Part shown: positions 28,459 to 38,807 of the stretch, one piece after another
Position numbering within the stretch: the first letter of the stretch is position 1
Layout: each line of letters starts with the position of its first letter
Origin: a virus
Lineage: Duplodnaviria; Caudoviricetes
Virus record (IMG/VR): IMGVR_UViG_3300031088_000008
Location: 224,001 to 288,000 of that record
Reading direction: 5' to 3' (one strand)
DNA length: 64,000 bases
The notes under the pieces: generated by a model
What the model was told of the DNA's origin: nothing
Databases searched by the model: none
What the model saw: only the letters and a program-made list of their open reading frames with translations
Translations under genes and position numbers: made by a program

Positions 28459-29487
28459 TTGGAAATTCGTAACGAAAAGACCAACATGGTCATGGAGCCC
28501 GCGCTCAAGAGGGCACTGGAAATTGTCCGCGAGGCACGGAACTTCGTGGTCGAGGACTACATCGAACGAAAGACCATTCTCCTCAACGACTACTATCGTC
28601 AGGCAGGGCTCAAGTCCGCCGTTGTCGCAGTGTCGGGCGGCATCGACAGCGCAGTCGTCCTCGGCCTCGTGGAAATGGCTGCTCGGGCCGACAACAGCCC
28701 CATCGAGCGCATCGTGGCAATCACAATGCCCGACAACGTCAACCCAGGGGTCACGGGCCAGAAGCAGGCCACGCGGCTCGCACAGGAAGTCTGCGAGGCT
28801 TTTGGTGTCAAGGCCGCAGTGATCAATATGAGCCGAATCACTGGTCCACTGATCGCAGAGGTCGAGAGCGCAGTCGGGTATCCCAGCGACGAAAAGGAAC
28901 TGTGGTGCGCTGGTCAGGCAACCAGCTACGCACGGACGCCCGCTTACTATTACGTGACCAGCATCCTGGCAGCACAGGGTCAGCCTGGCCTGATGATCGG
29001 CACGACCAATCTTTCGGAGGGCGGCTATCTGGGATACTTCGGCAAGGCCAGCGATGGCATGGTCGACGTTCAGCTGATCAGCGATGCGTACAAGAGTGAG
29101 ATCTACGATCTGGGTCGTTTCCTGGGTGTGCCCGAGGAGGTCCTGAATCGCGCCCCAACTGGCGATATGTATGACGCGACGACCGACGAGGTTGTGTTCG
29201 GCGCTCCATATGATTTCGTGGAGCTCTACATGGAGTTCAAGCGCGCTGGTGCTCGACAGCTTGCCTATGGTGGCGTCGACAGTGTGGTCTATGATGTCAC
29301 GCGCTGCCTGAGCATCGGCAACAATCTCCCAGCAGCCCAGGCACAGTGGGAGGAATATTCGGAAAACCTGGAGCGTATGCACAAGTACAACTCCCACAAA
29401 TATCTGGGTAGGTCGCCTGCTGTCCACCTTGACATCCTGGATTGTGGTGTTACTGGTGGCTGGAACAACACTCCCTGGAGGGCATGA
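28459..29487 (+). CDS. nadE: NH3-dependent NAD+ synthetase
   Basis: VVAVSGGIDSAV PP-loop; GTTNLSE..LGYFGK..DG..D.QLISD.YKSE; APTGD. Confidence 0.9.
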   Translation: MEIRNEKTNMVMEPALKRALEIVREARNFVVEDYIERKTILLNDYYRQAGLKSAVVAVSGGIDSAVVLGLVEMAARADNSPIERIVAITMPDNVNPGVTGQKQATRLAQEVCEAFGVKAAVINMSRITGPLIAEVESAVGYPSDEKELWCAGQATSYARTPAYYYVTSILAAQGQPGLMIGTTNLSEGGYLGYFGKASDGMVDVQLISDAYKSEIYDLGRFLGVPEEVLNRAPTGDMYDATTDEVVFGAPYDFVELYMEFKRAGARQLAYGGVDSVVYDVTRCLSIGNNLPAAQAQWEEYSENLERMHKYNSHKYLGRSPAVHLDILDCGVTGGWNNTPWRA

Positions 29488-29646
29488 TGAGCCATTACGG
29501 ACAGGTTATCGCAGAGATCGAAATGCGCGAAGCGGCACGAAAGGTAGAGGCCCAGAAGGCCGCTGATGCCGCGGCTGCCAAGAACCATCGCGCATGGCTT
29601 CGGCTTTGCGGTATGATGGATCCAATCGGTCGTCTCCAGGACTGAT

Positions 29647-30417
29647 GTGATGGTTGACAAGTCCAACTTTGTAAACCACTTCGAACTCGATGATGCTGCA
29701 CAGGCTTCCATCGACGATAGCTGGGGCGTTCTGCCCGGTCGGACCTTCGAGAATGTTCCCGGCACCCCACACAGCGTGGAAGTGATCGACAATCTGTTGG
29801 GCTGGCAGATCACCGCGACGCTCCGGGAGCAGCTGGACAAGAACAAGTGGCTGGCAGTGGGACTGGATGGCAAAGCCGACCATACCTACAATGAGATCGG
29901 AAACTACAGGCTTTCCAACTGGAACCCCGCGCTGGCGGAACGCATCTGGGAACGCCTGCGGCCCTTCTATGGTGACCGGATGCTCTGTGAAGCAACCTCG
30001 CCCACCGATCACGACGGCTACCCCGTATGGCGCCCCATTGGCGTATCTCCGCTATTCCGTTACATTCGGTACGCAGAAGGCGGAAAGCTGGTTGCCCACT
30101 ATGACGAGACGTTTCGTCAAAGCCGTGAGATCAGGACCCTGGAAACGCTGGTCATTTACTTGACCACTAACGAGCATGGCGCGACACGATTCATCCACGA
30201 CGAGCAAGTAGGAAAGCCCATGTGGGAATACAACTTCTCGGACTGGGATCGCAGTGCTCGAGAGGATGAGGTAGCCCTTCGCGTGGCACCACAGGAAGGT
30301 TCCGCGCTATTGTTCCCGCATCGTATGCTCCACGACAGCGAGCCACTGGCAGTCGGTGATCCTGAGAAGATCATCATCCGCACCGACATTTTGTTTGAAA
30401 GGGTTCCCCTTGCCTGA
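29647..30417 (+). CDS. 2-oxoglutarate/Fe(II)-dependent oxygenase
   Basis: RY..GG.L..HYD, LVIYL...G.TRF, GSALLF.H...H, K.IIRTD. Confidence 0.85.
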   Translation: MMVDKSNFVNHFELDDAAQASIDDSWGVLPGRTFENVPGTPHSVEVIDNLLGWQITATLREQLDKNKWLAVGLDGKADHTYNEIGNYRLSNWNPALAERIWERLRPFYGDRMLCEATSPTDHDGYPVWRPIGVSPLFRYIRYAEGGKLVAHYDETFRQSREIRTLETLVIYLTTNEHGATRFIHDEQVGKPMWEYNFSDWDRSAREDEVALRVAPQEGSALLFPHRMLHDSEPLAVGDPEKIIIRTDILFERVPLA

Positions 30418-30734
30418 GATGTTTCTCATCTTCCTCGGCGTCATTGCCAGCATCGTCGTAACAGCAATCAAGGCGCTTTTCGCCATCACGGCCTTTGGTT
30501 GGCTCGCCTGTTGGATTCCGCTTCTCATCGCAGTGGTGATCGTTCTGCTCATGAACGGCATCGACTTTTGGGATTAACCAAGGCGTAGGTTGTAATTAAC
30601 CTGCACTCCAGTTTAACATCCTTAATATATCGCAACACTTTTTAATCAAAAACGTTGCGATTTTTGTTTGACAGCCCTGCAGAATTGTCGCAGCTTAACT
30701 ACAGCTTAACGCTTTGTTAGGCCTTAGGAGATCG

Positions 30735-31385
30735 ATGATGAAGCACATCTTTATGGGCGCCGTTGCGGCGCTGGCACTGACGGTTGCGGGCGCGGCTTCG
30801 GCACAGTCCAACACACAGTCGAACAGCAACAGCGCATCGCAGAGCGGTTCGCAGGCCTCGACGACGACCATCAACAATGGTCAGAACGCCTTCAGCACGA
30901 TGGGCTTCTCCAATCAGGGCGGCACCAACAACGCCGGCCAGTCGGCCAACATCAACGGCACGTTCAACGGCAACGGCAACACGATCGGTTCGTCCGCATC
31001 AGGTTTCAACACCACGTTGGGCGGTTCGGCCAATGATGCGTTCGCGCGCTTCGAGAGCAATGGCACGGCATACAGCCAGACCAGCGTGACGCCGTTCGAG
31101 ACCACAACGACCAGCAACCACTCGGGCTTCGCAACGGGCACCGTTGACAATGGCGGCGCGTTCCAGGCTTCGGTCCAGACGTTCGGTCAGAGCAATGGCG
31201 GTTCGGCCTTCTCGGTTCGCGTCGACGGTGGCTACACTGCCTACGAAAACACCACGGGGTATGCCAACCAGGCTTCCAACTACTCCAACTACCAGGCCGC
31301 CCAGTCGTCCTTCCAGGACTTCTCGGCCAGCAACAGCAACTCCAACAGCGCCAGCAACTCGCATAGCGACGAGTCGAACAACTGA
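30735..31385 (+). CDS. Secreted S/N/G/Q-rich low-complexity protein
   Basis: Signal peptide ending ASA-Q; repetitive polar sequence; hairpin 31396-31420. Confidence 0.75.
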   Translation: MMKHIFMGAVAALALTVAGAASAQSNTQSNSNSASQSGSQASTTTINNGQNAFSTMGFSNQGGTNNAGQSANINGTFNGNGNTIGSSASGFNTTLGGSANDAFARFESNGTAYSQTSVTPFETTTTSNHSGFATGTVDNGGAFQASVQTFGQSNGGSAFSVRVDGGYTAYENTTGYANQASNYSNYQAAQSSFQDFSASNSNSNSASNSHSDESNN

Positions 31386-31451
31386 GCCAACTCCCTGGGA
31401 GGGGCCTAAAACCCCTCCCAACTTTTAATCCGTGAAACTAAGGGGAGAGAG

Positions 31452-32114
31452 ATGCGTAAACTCATTCTATTGTTGAGCATGTTGCTCAGCGGTCCGGCTC
31501 TGGCACAGACCACAGACGGAAACGCCAATGGTTCCACACCGGGTACCAACAGCACAACTGGTACCAGTCAAGCAACGAACGTAGTGAACGTTCAAGCAAT
31601 CACAGGTCCCCAGACCAATGTCCCGCAAAAGCAGGATGTCAACTATAGCGGCCACACCTACACGACTCCGAGTGTTAGTGGCAGTTACTTTGCTGGTGCT
31701 AACCCATGCTTGGTTGGTACTGGTGTGGGGGGCGCAGGTGGTCCCATCGGCTTCAACATCAACATCGGCAAGAATGACCAGGACTGTACGCGGAGAAGTG
31801 ACGCAGCAGCGTGGTTTGCGCTTGGACTCTCGGGCGTCGCAGTCACACGCCTCTGCCAAGATCGAGACAGCCGCAACCCAATGAACGCCGACGCCTTCTA
31901 CAGCGCAACTGGCTTCGCATGTCCGGGCAGCAACACCAAGGGCCGGTACAAGCTGGCAGATGGTACGCTGGCTCCCTATGCCATGCTGGGCAATGCGATG
32001 AAGATTCGCAACACCCCGGAGTTCAAAGATCCGGCCCTTACTCCGCTGGATCCAGCGATCCCCAACCCTCGCCAGGGCGCAGTGAGCCCAACAATCCCCT
32101 CAGCCAACCGCTAA
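31452..32114 (+). CDS. Secreted Cys-containing protein
   Basis: Signal peptide ending ALA-Q; four Cys; DQDCTRR...AVTRLCQD. Confidence 0.75.
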   Translation: MRKLILLLSMLLSGPALAQTTDGNANGSTPGTNSTTGTSQATNVVNVQAITGPQTNVPQKQDVNYSGHTYTTPSVSGSYFAGANPCLVGTGVGGAGGPIGFNINIGKNDQDCTRRSDAAAWFALGLSGVAVTRLCQDRDSRNPMNADAFYSATGFACPGSNTKGRYKLADGTLAPYAMLGNAMKIRNTPEFKDPALTPLDPAIPNPRQGAVSPTIPSANR

Positions 32115-32162
32115 AACTGCCCCCGGCCAATCCATAAGTAATGGGTTGGTTTGGAGGGCAGA

Positions 32163-32516
32163 ATGGCGCTGATTACATTTGGAACATTGACCACCGCCGG
32201 GTGGGCAGCATGGAAATATTGGCGCATTCCTTATCGCTTGTACCTCTGGCGCAAGGCTGAGGAAACAGAACCCGCAACTGGCCAGGTATGGCTGGAGGCG
32301 GGCTTCTCGCCCAAGGACAGCAAGTGGAAGATCAAGGAAGTCGAGGAGCTCAGTATCCTTCTCGAGAGCGTTCCGCCCAAAGATGGCGATGACACGGTTG
32401 AGCTAGACTTGGTCTGGGATGATTGGTCCGCCATGGTCAAGAAGACCCGCTTGTTCTGTCACGATAAGAATGACAGCATCCATGACCAATACTGGGGCGC
32501 AGGGGTGGACGACTGA
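32163..32516 (+). CDS. Membrane-anchored hypothetical protein
   Basis: GGAGG RBS; N-terminal hydrophobic segment. Confidence 0.6.
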   Translation: MALITFGTLTTAGWAAWKYWRIPYRLYLWRKAEETEPATGQVWLEAGFSPKDSKWKIKEVEELSILLESVPPKDGDDTVELDLVWDDWSAMVKKTRLFCHDKNDSIHDQYWGAGVDD

Positions 32517-32682
32517 TGGTTGTCTACAAGGGCTGGACCCTGACCACCGAGGGAATCCACTACTTTGCCCGGCAAGGAAATCTAAGCCGTCGTTTTGCCA
32601 CACGTGGAGCGCGTGAAGCTTGGATAAATCAACAACCCTAAATCTCTGGTTGACGTGCCCAACCAGAGTGCTAAACAGCTGG

Positions 32683-32843
32683 TAACAAGACGCTCGGTAT
32701 TGTTTACAGCCCGGCATAAAGAGCCCGATTCCAGAAAAAGGGCAGCGTGGTTTTGTTAGCGGTCCTCAGGCCCCGGATATGGCTTCCGGGAGATAATCCT
32801 GAGATCAACTGCGGTTATCGGGAGGGCTTGTCCCTCCCGTTTC
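32683..32843 (+). ncRNA. Candidate structured ncRNA (about 160 nt)
   Basis: Cassette promoter (TTGACG 32650, GCTA 32670) with no RBS or ORF; two stem domains; terminator 32819-32843. Confidence 0.55.
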
Positions 32844-32918
32844 TGCCTGTGACTGAATAAAACTGGTTGACAGTGTTCCAGTTTCTGCTAACTCTGGTGT
32901 ATAGGCAGCGGAGAACAG

Positions 32919-33164
32919 GTGATGACGATGCGGACTTTTAAGAGCCAGGACTTTAAGTGGAAGTCCAATGAGGGCGTTAGCTTTCTGGACGATCTTAAGA
33001 TTCACGGCTTTCCCCTCTCGGGCTTTTACATCAAGAGCGCGCTGACGGGTCGCATGAAGCTTTTTCTCCCCAACAACGCAACTGCTGAAAACCTCGATGG
33101 CCAGGCATACGATTATTTCTCGCCTGGCGGTAACGTAACGGTGCGTCTTTATGCAGAAGTCTGA
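32919..33164 (+). CDS. Hypothetical protein
   Basis: Cassette promoter and RBS. Confidence 0.65.
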   Translation: MMTMRTFKSQDFKWKSNEGVSFLDDLKIHGFPLSGFYIKSALTGRMKLFLPNNATAENLDGQAYDYFSPGGNVTVRLYAEV

Positions 33165-33495
33165 CGCACTTCCCCCAGAGGGTCCATATGATTGCCAGGC
33201 TTGCGGCGCATGTTGCGTCGTGGCCGGCAAAGTTTCTGTGACGCCCGAGGACTCCACCCCCAAGCGTATGGTCACTGGTGGCTTTCTCAAACGGCACCTC
33301 GGTGGACGCTGCCAAGCACTCGAGGGAACCATTGGCGCTTGTGTGGGCTGCACGATATACCGGAAGCGACCCAGCGTCTGCGTGAGCTTTGCCGCCGGCA
33401 GCGAGGGCTGCAGGTATGCCCGGGAGGTTGCCAGCTACGCCATAAAGAGTGGCGGTCGTCGCGGCTTTGGTGACAACTGGCGCGAGACTGTCTAG
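33151..33495 (+). CDS. YkgJ-family Cys-cluster (Zn/Fe-chelating) protein
   Basis: CQACGACC...RCQAL...CTIYRKRPSVC. Confidence 0.8.
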   Translation: MQKSDALPPEGPYDCQACGACCVVAGKVSVTPEDSTPKRMVTGGFLKRHLGGRCQALEGTIGACVGCTIYRKRPSVCVSFAAGSEGCRYAREVASYAIKSGGRRGFGDNWRETV

Positions 33496-33572
33496 GATTT
33501 GACAACTCGCTAACGCTTCTTTAAGGATATTGTTGCATAGACGTAGAACAATGTTCTTGGAGATCGAATAGA

Positions 33573-34505
33573 ATGTCAGTTAATCAGACCATTGCCTTTA
33601 CGTCCGACCTGATGTCGGAAGACGATTGGTCAACCCAAATCCCCGGTGCGCGTGAGACAATGCGTCACAAGTTCCATCGTGCTCAGCCCAGCGAGATTCT
33701 CGCAGAAGAGATCGTCAGCCGCGGCACCAAGCCCATGATCGCCGGTATCCTCGCCGCAGGGTTGATTGCCAGCGCGCCAGCAGCGCAGCATCGTCCCTCC
33801 ACTCACAGCAAGGCCCACACCGCGCACGTCAAGGCCAAGCCCAAGGTTCACCGGAAGCGAACCAAGATCCGCATCCGTCGTCACCGCATTCCTCGCGACA
33901 CCTACAGTGGTCCCATCAACGAGACGCCACTGGCGGTCACGACCTGGATGGAAGCGCGGAATCAAAAGCGTCCCGGTCGCCTCGCAGTCATGCACGTTAT
34001 CAAGAATCGTGTCCTGGCCAACAAGCGGATGTTTGGCATCGGTCTCCGGGGAGTGTGTCACAAGCCCTGGCAGTACAGCGCATGGAACCGGAACGACGAC
34101 AGCCAGCGGGTTGCGTTCTTCAACATGCTCCAGCTTCCCGAAGACCATCCCGAGAAGATCCTCTGGCGCAGCATTCAAAAGGATGCCAAGCTGGTGTGGA
34201 ACGGCGACAACACGGATAACACTGGTGGGGCAACCTACTACCACACACCGGCAGTCAAGCCCAAATGGCGCTATGATATGACGGTCGTGGGGCAGATCGG
34301 TGACCACATCTTTTACCGTGAGATGACCACACGTGAGCGAAAGCTGAAGGCGCGTGACGATGCGGCGAATCGTCGGCTGAAGAAGGCTCGGAAGATTGCC
34401 CGTCGTGCCAACACCCGACAGGTGACCATGACGATCAGCATCCGCTACAAGACGCGGACCAGTCAGGCAGTTCCAATGCGGGTTGCAGCAACGCATCGTC
34501 GATAA
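33573..34505 (+). CDS. Cell-wall hydrolase, SleB/Hydrolase_2 family
   Basis: EARNQ...AV.HVI.NRV...QYS.WN...TGGATYYH...P.W...IGDHIFY; hydrophobic segment and basic linker N-terminal. Confidence 0.85.
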   Translation: MSVNQTIAFTSDLMSEDDWSTQIPGARETMRHKFHRAQPSEILAEEIVSRGTKPMIAGILAAGLIASAPAAQHRPSTHSKAHTAHVKAKPKVHRKRTKIRIRRHRIPRDTYSGPINETPLAVTTWMEARNQKRPGRLAVMHVIKNRVLANKRMFGIGLRGVCHKPWQYSAWNRNDDSQRVAFFNMLQLPEDHPEKILWRSIQKDAKLVWNGDNTDNTGGATYYHTPAVKPKWRYDMTVVGQIGDHIFYREMTTRERKLKARDDAANRRLKKARKIARRANTRQVTMTISIRYKTRTSQAVPMRVAATHRR

Positions 34506-34596
34506 AAAAGTTCAAACTCTGGTTAAAAAGCGGTTGCGCGGCCAAACTCTGGTGCTATTGTCTGTTTATCGGAAACGCACACAGCAGGAGCAGAAA

Positions 34597-34929
34597 ATGG
34601 CCGCACAGATCGAAATCATCGCAGCAGCGCACTTTTACAACGAGGGCAAGCGCGGCATTCGCGGCGGCGCAGCGCAGAACGACAAGGTCTGGGGCCTGGC
34701 GAAGATCGGCAACACGCTGGTTCGCTTCTGGGGTCGTCGCAACGGCGCGCTGAAGTTCAAGACCGAGATCAACGGCGTCCCTGCTGATCTCCTGCGTAGC
34801 AAGCTGGCAAAGGGCTACGAGACGATGGGCGGCAACTACATGGCGATGCTGACGCCCCGCCTGAAGGCCGACATGCCCTCGCAGTATTACAGCGCGATGG
34901 CACGTGGTGCGCTTAACACGCGGCACTAA
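34597..34929 (+). CDS. WGR-like domain protein
   Basis: DKVWG...FWGRR...KL.KGY; paralog of 63402-63764. Confidence 0.6.
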   Translation: MAAQIEIIAAAHFYNEGKRGIRGGAAQNDKVWGLAKIGNTLVRFWGRRNGALKFKTEINGVPADLLRSKLAKGYETMGGNYMAMLTPRLKADMPSQYYSAMARGALNTRH

Positions 34930-35221
34930 AAAGCGGTTGACCCAGAGTTAGAATGTGCTAACTCTGGGTTGTAGGCAAACAACTAGGAGATCGAAGATGA
35001 GCGTACTGACCCCGCGGATGCTGAAGGCAATCATCGACAACATGGATGAGATCCAGCTGGACATGGCGATCACCATCGCAGGTGAAGATGATCGTCTCAC
35101 CCAGGCCGAAGATGCAACGCTCACGCAGGATGGCGCGCTGATCATCGGCGAATAAGGCGGTTGACTCTGGTGTGGAATCCGCTACACCAAAGTTATAGGA
35201 AACGAAGACAGGAGATCGAAG

Positions 35222-35386
35222 ATGAAGACGGAAACGAAGCTGGTCGGGCAGGGCGTGGCAATTGGTTCGCTGGTTACCTCGATGGCGCTTACCTTCCCCA
35301 AGATCACGCTGGTCATCGCGCTGGCATTCATCGCCTGGCTGATCATTCCGGCCGCGATCGGCGCCTACAAGGACACGCGGGGCTGA
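35222..35386 (+). CDS. Small membrane protein (54 aa)
   Basis: Cassette promoter and RBS; hydrophobic. Confidence 0.6.
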   Translation: MKTETKLVGQGVAIGSLVTSMALTFPKITLVIALAFIAWLIIPAAIGAYKDTRG

Positions 35387-35580
35387 TGAACTTTCCATTC
35401 TATCTCGATACGTCGGGCAGCATGAGCGACGAGATGATCCGCGATTTTAAGCGGGAAGTCGATGCCATCATGTTGCTGGAGCGGGCACGTCGTGCCAAGT
35501 TCCTCTTGTGGCAGCGTCGTGCCAAGCCGGAACGGGCAAGGAATCGCATCCGCCGCGCAAGCCGTCGCGCAAATCGCTAG
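35386..35580 (+). CDS. Small protein with a vWA/DUF2201-like MIDAS fragment
   Basis: FYLDTSGSMSDE then a basic tail; TGATG coupling. Confidence 0.55.
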   Translation: MNFPFYLDTSGSMSDEMIRDFKREVDAIMLLERARRAKFLLWQRRAKPERARNRIRRASRRANR

Positions 35581-35850
35581 GAGAGAAGACCATGATGATC
35601 GAAGTCCCGGACGAGTTCATTGCTCGTATGAAGAAGCTGGCCGCCAAGGCAATGGACTATGAGGACGATGATTTCGATCTGAATAGCTACGTGGGCGGCA
35701 ACATCGACGACGCCTATTCGCGTGGCGAGGATCAGGGCGAGATCCAGGCTGCTCGCGAGATCGTGAGTTTTCTGCCCAAAGAGGACTAAAACTGGTTGCC
35801 CTGCTGTCCAGTTCTGCTAAAACCAGAACATAGGCAAGCAGGAGCAAGCA

Positions 35851-36117
35851 ATGTTCGAGAACGGTCAGAAAGTCAAGTTCACCAAGCATGGCGTGGAAGT
35901 CGAAGGCCGCATTGATGGTCGTCGGACGTGGTGCCAGGTTGGTGGACATTGCCACACCAAGCATCAGACGGCGGCTGTAAACACGGCCGTGATGGCATGG
36001 GGCTTCAAGGTCCACGCTCCCATCGTTCAGCCGGACGGCACTTTCTATAAGGATCGCCACGATCGCCCCCTGATGGGTCTGGGCTACATGGATGAAAAGC
36101 TGCTCACCGCTGCATAA
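35851..36117 (+). CDS. Hypothetical protein ending in TAA
   Basis: Cassette promoter and RBS. Confidence 0.7.
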   Translation: MFENGQKVKFTKHGVEVEGRIDGRRTWCQVGGHCHTKHQTAAVNTAVMAWGFKVHAPIVQPDGTFYKDRHDRPLMGLGYMDEKLLTAA

Positions 36118-36195
36118 AGCGGTTGACGCACAGCGTCCAGGTTGTAAAACCAGAACATAGGCAAACAGCGCAAACGCGCAGCAGGAGATCGAAAC

Positions 36196-36468
36196 ATGGC
36201 ACAGGTAACGACGGATCGCGATGGCATGGAATTCACCGGCGAGGCCGTTGAGTTCACGCTGGGCACTGGTGGCAAGACGATCGAAGACGCCAAGGAATTC
36301 TGCGAAGATATGTGGGGCGGCGCCCAGAAGGGCGATATCGCAGTTCTCCACGAGGGGATCTACTACGTTTGCGATGGCGTGGACCCCAACGCTGGCAAGC
36401 CATTCACTGATGCGCAGGTCGGTGAAATCGTCCTCCACTTTGGTCCGGAGAATGTGACTTTCTTCTGA
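36196..36468 (+). CDS. Acidic hypothetical protein
   Basis: Cassette promoter and RBS. Confidence 0.7.
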   Translation: MAQVTTDRDGMEFTGEAVEFTLGTGGKTIEDAKEFCEDMWGGAQKGDIAVLHEGIYYVCDGVDPNAGKPFTDAQVGEIVLHFGPENVTFF

Positions 36469-36535
36469 AAACTGGTTGACCCTGGGTGTTCTGGTGTTAC
36501 AACCAGAACATAGGCAGACAACGTGGAGATCGGCA

Positions 36536-36799
36536 ATGCGCGGACTGGTAAAGAAGACGACCATCAAGGCAACGTTCACCGCTGACCAGTGGGACCTGTA
36601 CGGAAACAAGGGTCGCGATACGGCGGCCAAGCATCTGAATCAGGCCCTGGAAGCGGCTGTCAATATGGAGGGTTCCAGTCCCAGCAGTGTGTGGCGTGCA
36701 ATGAACACCGCGATGAACGAGTTCATCCACTTGGGCGCCTGCGACAGCGAGCCCAACCGGATGGTCGACGATATCCTGGCCGAGATTTACACCTCGTAA
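36536..36799 (+). CDS. Hypothetical protein
   Basis: Cassette promoter and RBS. Confidence 0.7.
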   Translation: MRGLVKKTTIKATFTADQWDLYGNKGRDTAAKHLNQALEAAVNMEGSSPSSVWRAMNTAMNEFIHLGACDSEPNRMVDDILAEIYTS

Positions 36800-36862
36800 A
36801 AGCGGTTGCATCCGCCTGTCCTGGTGTTAGGACAGTTTTATCGGAAACAAAAGGAGGGCCCA

Positions 36863-37063
36863 ATGGACGGTCGTGAAGCAAATCTGGCCAAGGACAAGAT
36901 GGTCGCGGACCTGTATGCGCGAACCTACGCCGCAGCAATCTCGGCCAACGATAACGGGGTGATCCCCGCCGTGGAGGCCAAACAGGCCGTGAAGAAGTTC
37001 ATCGAGATGATGAAGGTTCTGAGCGCTCCCGAGTGGATGTGGTACAAGGAAAACGAGCTTTGA
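36863..37063 (+). CDS. Hypothetical protein
   Basis: Cassette promoter, AAGGAGG. Confidence 0.65.
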   Translation: MDGREANLAKDKMVADLYARTYAAAISANDNGVIPAVEAKQAVKKFIEMMKVLSAPEWMWYKENEL

Positions 37064-37380
37064 TCCGCCAGTGGATGAGTCGCCCCCTGACGATGAACGT
37101 CTGGGTCAATGCCCTCTTTTACGGCTTCGTCGCTGTAACGACCAACAACCTGATCAACCGTTTTTGGGTCACGCCTCAGAATCCCGAGGGCCTGACTGGC
37201 TTCTTCGGCTACGTGGTCCTGTTCTTCTCCGTGGGCTTTTGCACCTGGCTGAGCAATCGTGAGAACGAGTGGGTGTCGGAGATCAAAAAGGCCGAGAAAG
37301 CCTCGCAGAAGCGATAACCTGGTTGACACTGCCCAGCGCGGTGTTACATCCAGAACATCGGAAATGCAGAGGAGAGTGGA

Positions 37381-37569
37381 ATGTTCGTCGTTGAAGTAAT
37401 GGGGAAGTTCTCCAAGAAAAACGAAGAGTTCTACCTTGATGCGCAGGGCAAGAAGAACCGCTTCTTCAGCAAGGCTGCGTCCTTTCCCACTGCAGAGTCC
37501 GCCGAGGCCGCGGGTCGGCTGTTTGTTGAATCTGGCAAGGGCTACGGCTTCCAGGTCAACGCCGCTTAG
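37381..37569 (+). CDS. Small protein ending in QVNAA
   Basis: Cassette promoter, GAGGAG. Confidence 0.7.
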   Translation: MFVVEVMGKFSKKNEEFYLDAQGKKNRFFSKAASFPTAESAEAAGRLFVESGKGYGFQVNAA

Positions 37570-37579
37570 GAGATCGAAT

Positions 37580-38341
37580 ATGACGAGTCAGCTGTTTAAG
37601 ATCGTGGAGCGCGAGCGTGATCCCCAGACGGTTCTGGAAACGATTGCTGTTCTGATCGCCGGCGCAGAGCGCAACTATCCCGTTGAAGAGGCGGTCAAGA
37701 CCCACTTCAACAAGAGCATCGAGAGCGATGGTCGTCGCTGGGGCGAGCATCAGGGAACCATCGAGGACATTCGGCTCCAGCGCGAGGCACTTGATCGTGG
37801 CTTCCGCGTAACGTTCTCCTATGATGAGTATGCGCGCGGCTGCCATATGGGTTCCACCCGCTACGTTACGTTCATCCCCGACAATCTCGTCACCCTCTGG
37901 GAAGTATGGCAGGACGAGGACCAGGGCTTCGCGATCCAGGACGAGGGTTCGGCCGTCGACACCTACGAGGCGTTCCAGAGCGCCCTGATGGAGCACACCA
38001 AGGAGCGGATCGAGAGCATCCGCCGCGACATCAAGGAGACCGCCCGTCAGGAAGAAGCCGATCGTGTCGCGCAGGCCAACGCAACCTACGAGCTGCTGGG
38101 AAGCTGGCACAGTGGCGAGACGGAAGCGCGCTACCAGGAACTGGCCAACTCCAGCAAAGCCGGAACGGCAACCGACGAGGAGATCGACAACTTTCTGGTC
38201 AAGCTGCTCGACGAAGCGCCCACTGACGTGACGATCGGCTATGCGCGTCGCATCCTGGTCGTGGATAAGATGCGCTTCAACCCCAGCAAGTCGGTGGCCT
38301 GGGCCCGGATCCAGAAGATGATGGTAAATCTCCTGGTCTAA
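37580..38341 (+). CDS. Hypothetical protein
   Basis: AGGAGATCGA RBS; start corrected to 37580. Confidence 0.75.
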   Translation: MTSQLFKIVERERDPQTVLETIAVLIAGAERNYPVEEAVKTHFNKSIESDGRRWGEHQGTIEDIRLQREALDRGFRVTFSYDEYARGCHMGSTRYVTFIPDNLVTLWEVWQDEDQGFAIQDEGSAVDTYEAFQSALMEHTKERIESIRRDIKETARQEEADRVAQANATYELLGSWHSGETEARYQELANSSKAGTATDEEIDNFLVKLLDEAPTDVTIGYARRILVVDKMRFNPSKSVAWARIQKMMVNLLV

Positions 38342-38399
38342 ACTGGTTGACTGTCCCAGCTCTGGTGTTAGGGCTGGGACAACGGCTAGGGAGAACATC

Positions 38400-38807
38400 G
38401 TGGCACTCACTTACAATCAGGCTTTGGAAGTTGAACCCGAGGTTCTCCGGCAGATGTTTCTCGTGGCATTCGGCCACTATCCAGTCTTAGAGTGGCACGA
38501 GAACTGGACCATGTATGATGATGGCGATGGTTTCGAATACGATGAGCCCATGGTCATGCGGGACTTTCACCTCCTGATCGACACGGAACTTCTGCATAAG
38601 GTCGACGAGTTTTCCTACAGCTACATTCGGCACCTCTTGGTTGAGGTCGTGGAGGACAAGCTGCGAAAGCCCGAGATCTTCCACACCAACCTCAGGGCAA
38701 GCCGAAAGTACAGCTTCAGCGACACCGAGGACTGGTGGGACAGCATCACGTTCAAAGGCGACATTGGCGAGCGCACTCGCTTCGACGTATCGGTGACAAT
38801 CGGATGA
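38400..38807 (+). CDS. Hypothetical protein
   Basis: Cassette promoter and RBS. Confidence 0.7.
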   Translation: MALTYNQALEVEPEVLRQMFLVAFGHYPVLEWHENWTMYDDGDGFEYDEPMVMRDFHLLIDTELLHKVDEFSYSYIRHLLVEVVEDKLRKPEIFHTNLRASRKYSFSDTEDWWDSITFKGDIGERTRFDVSVTIG

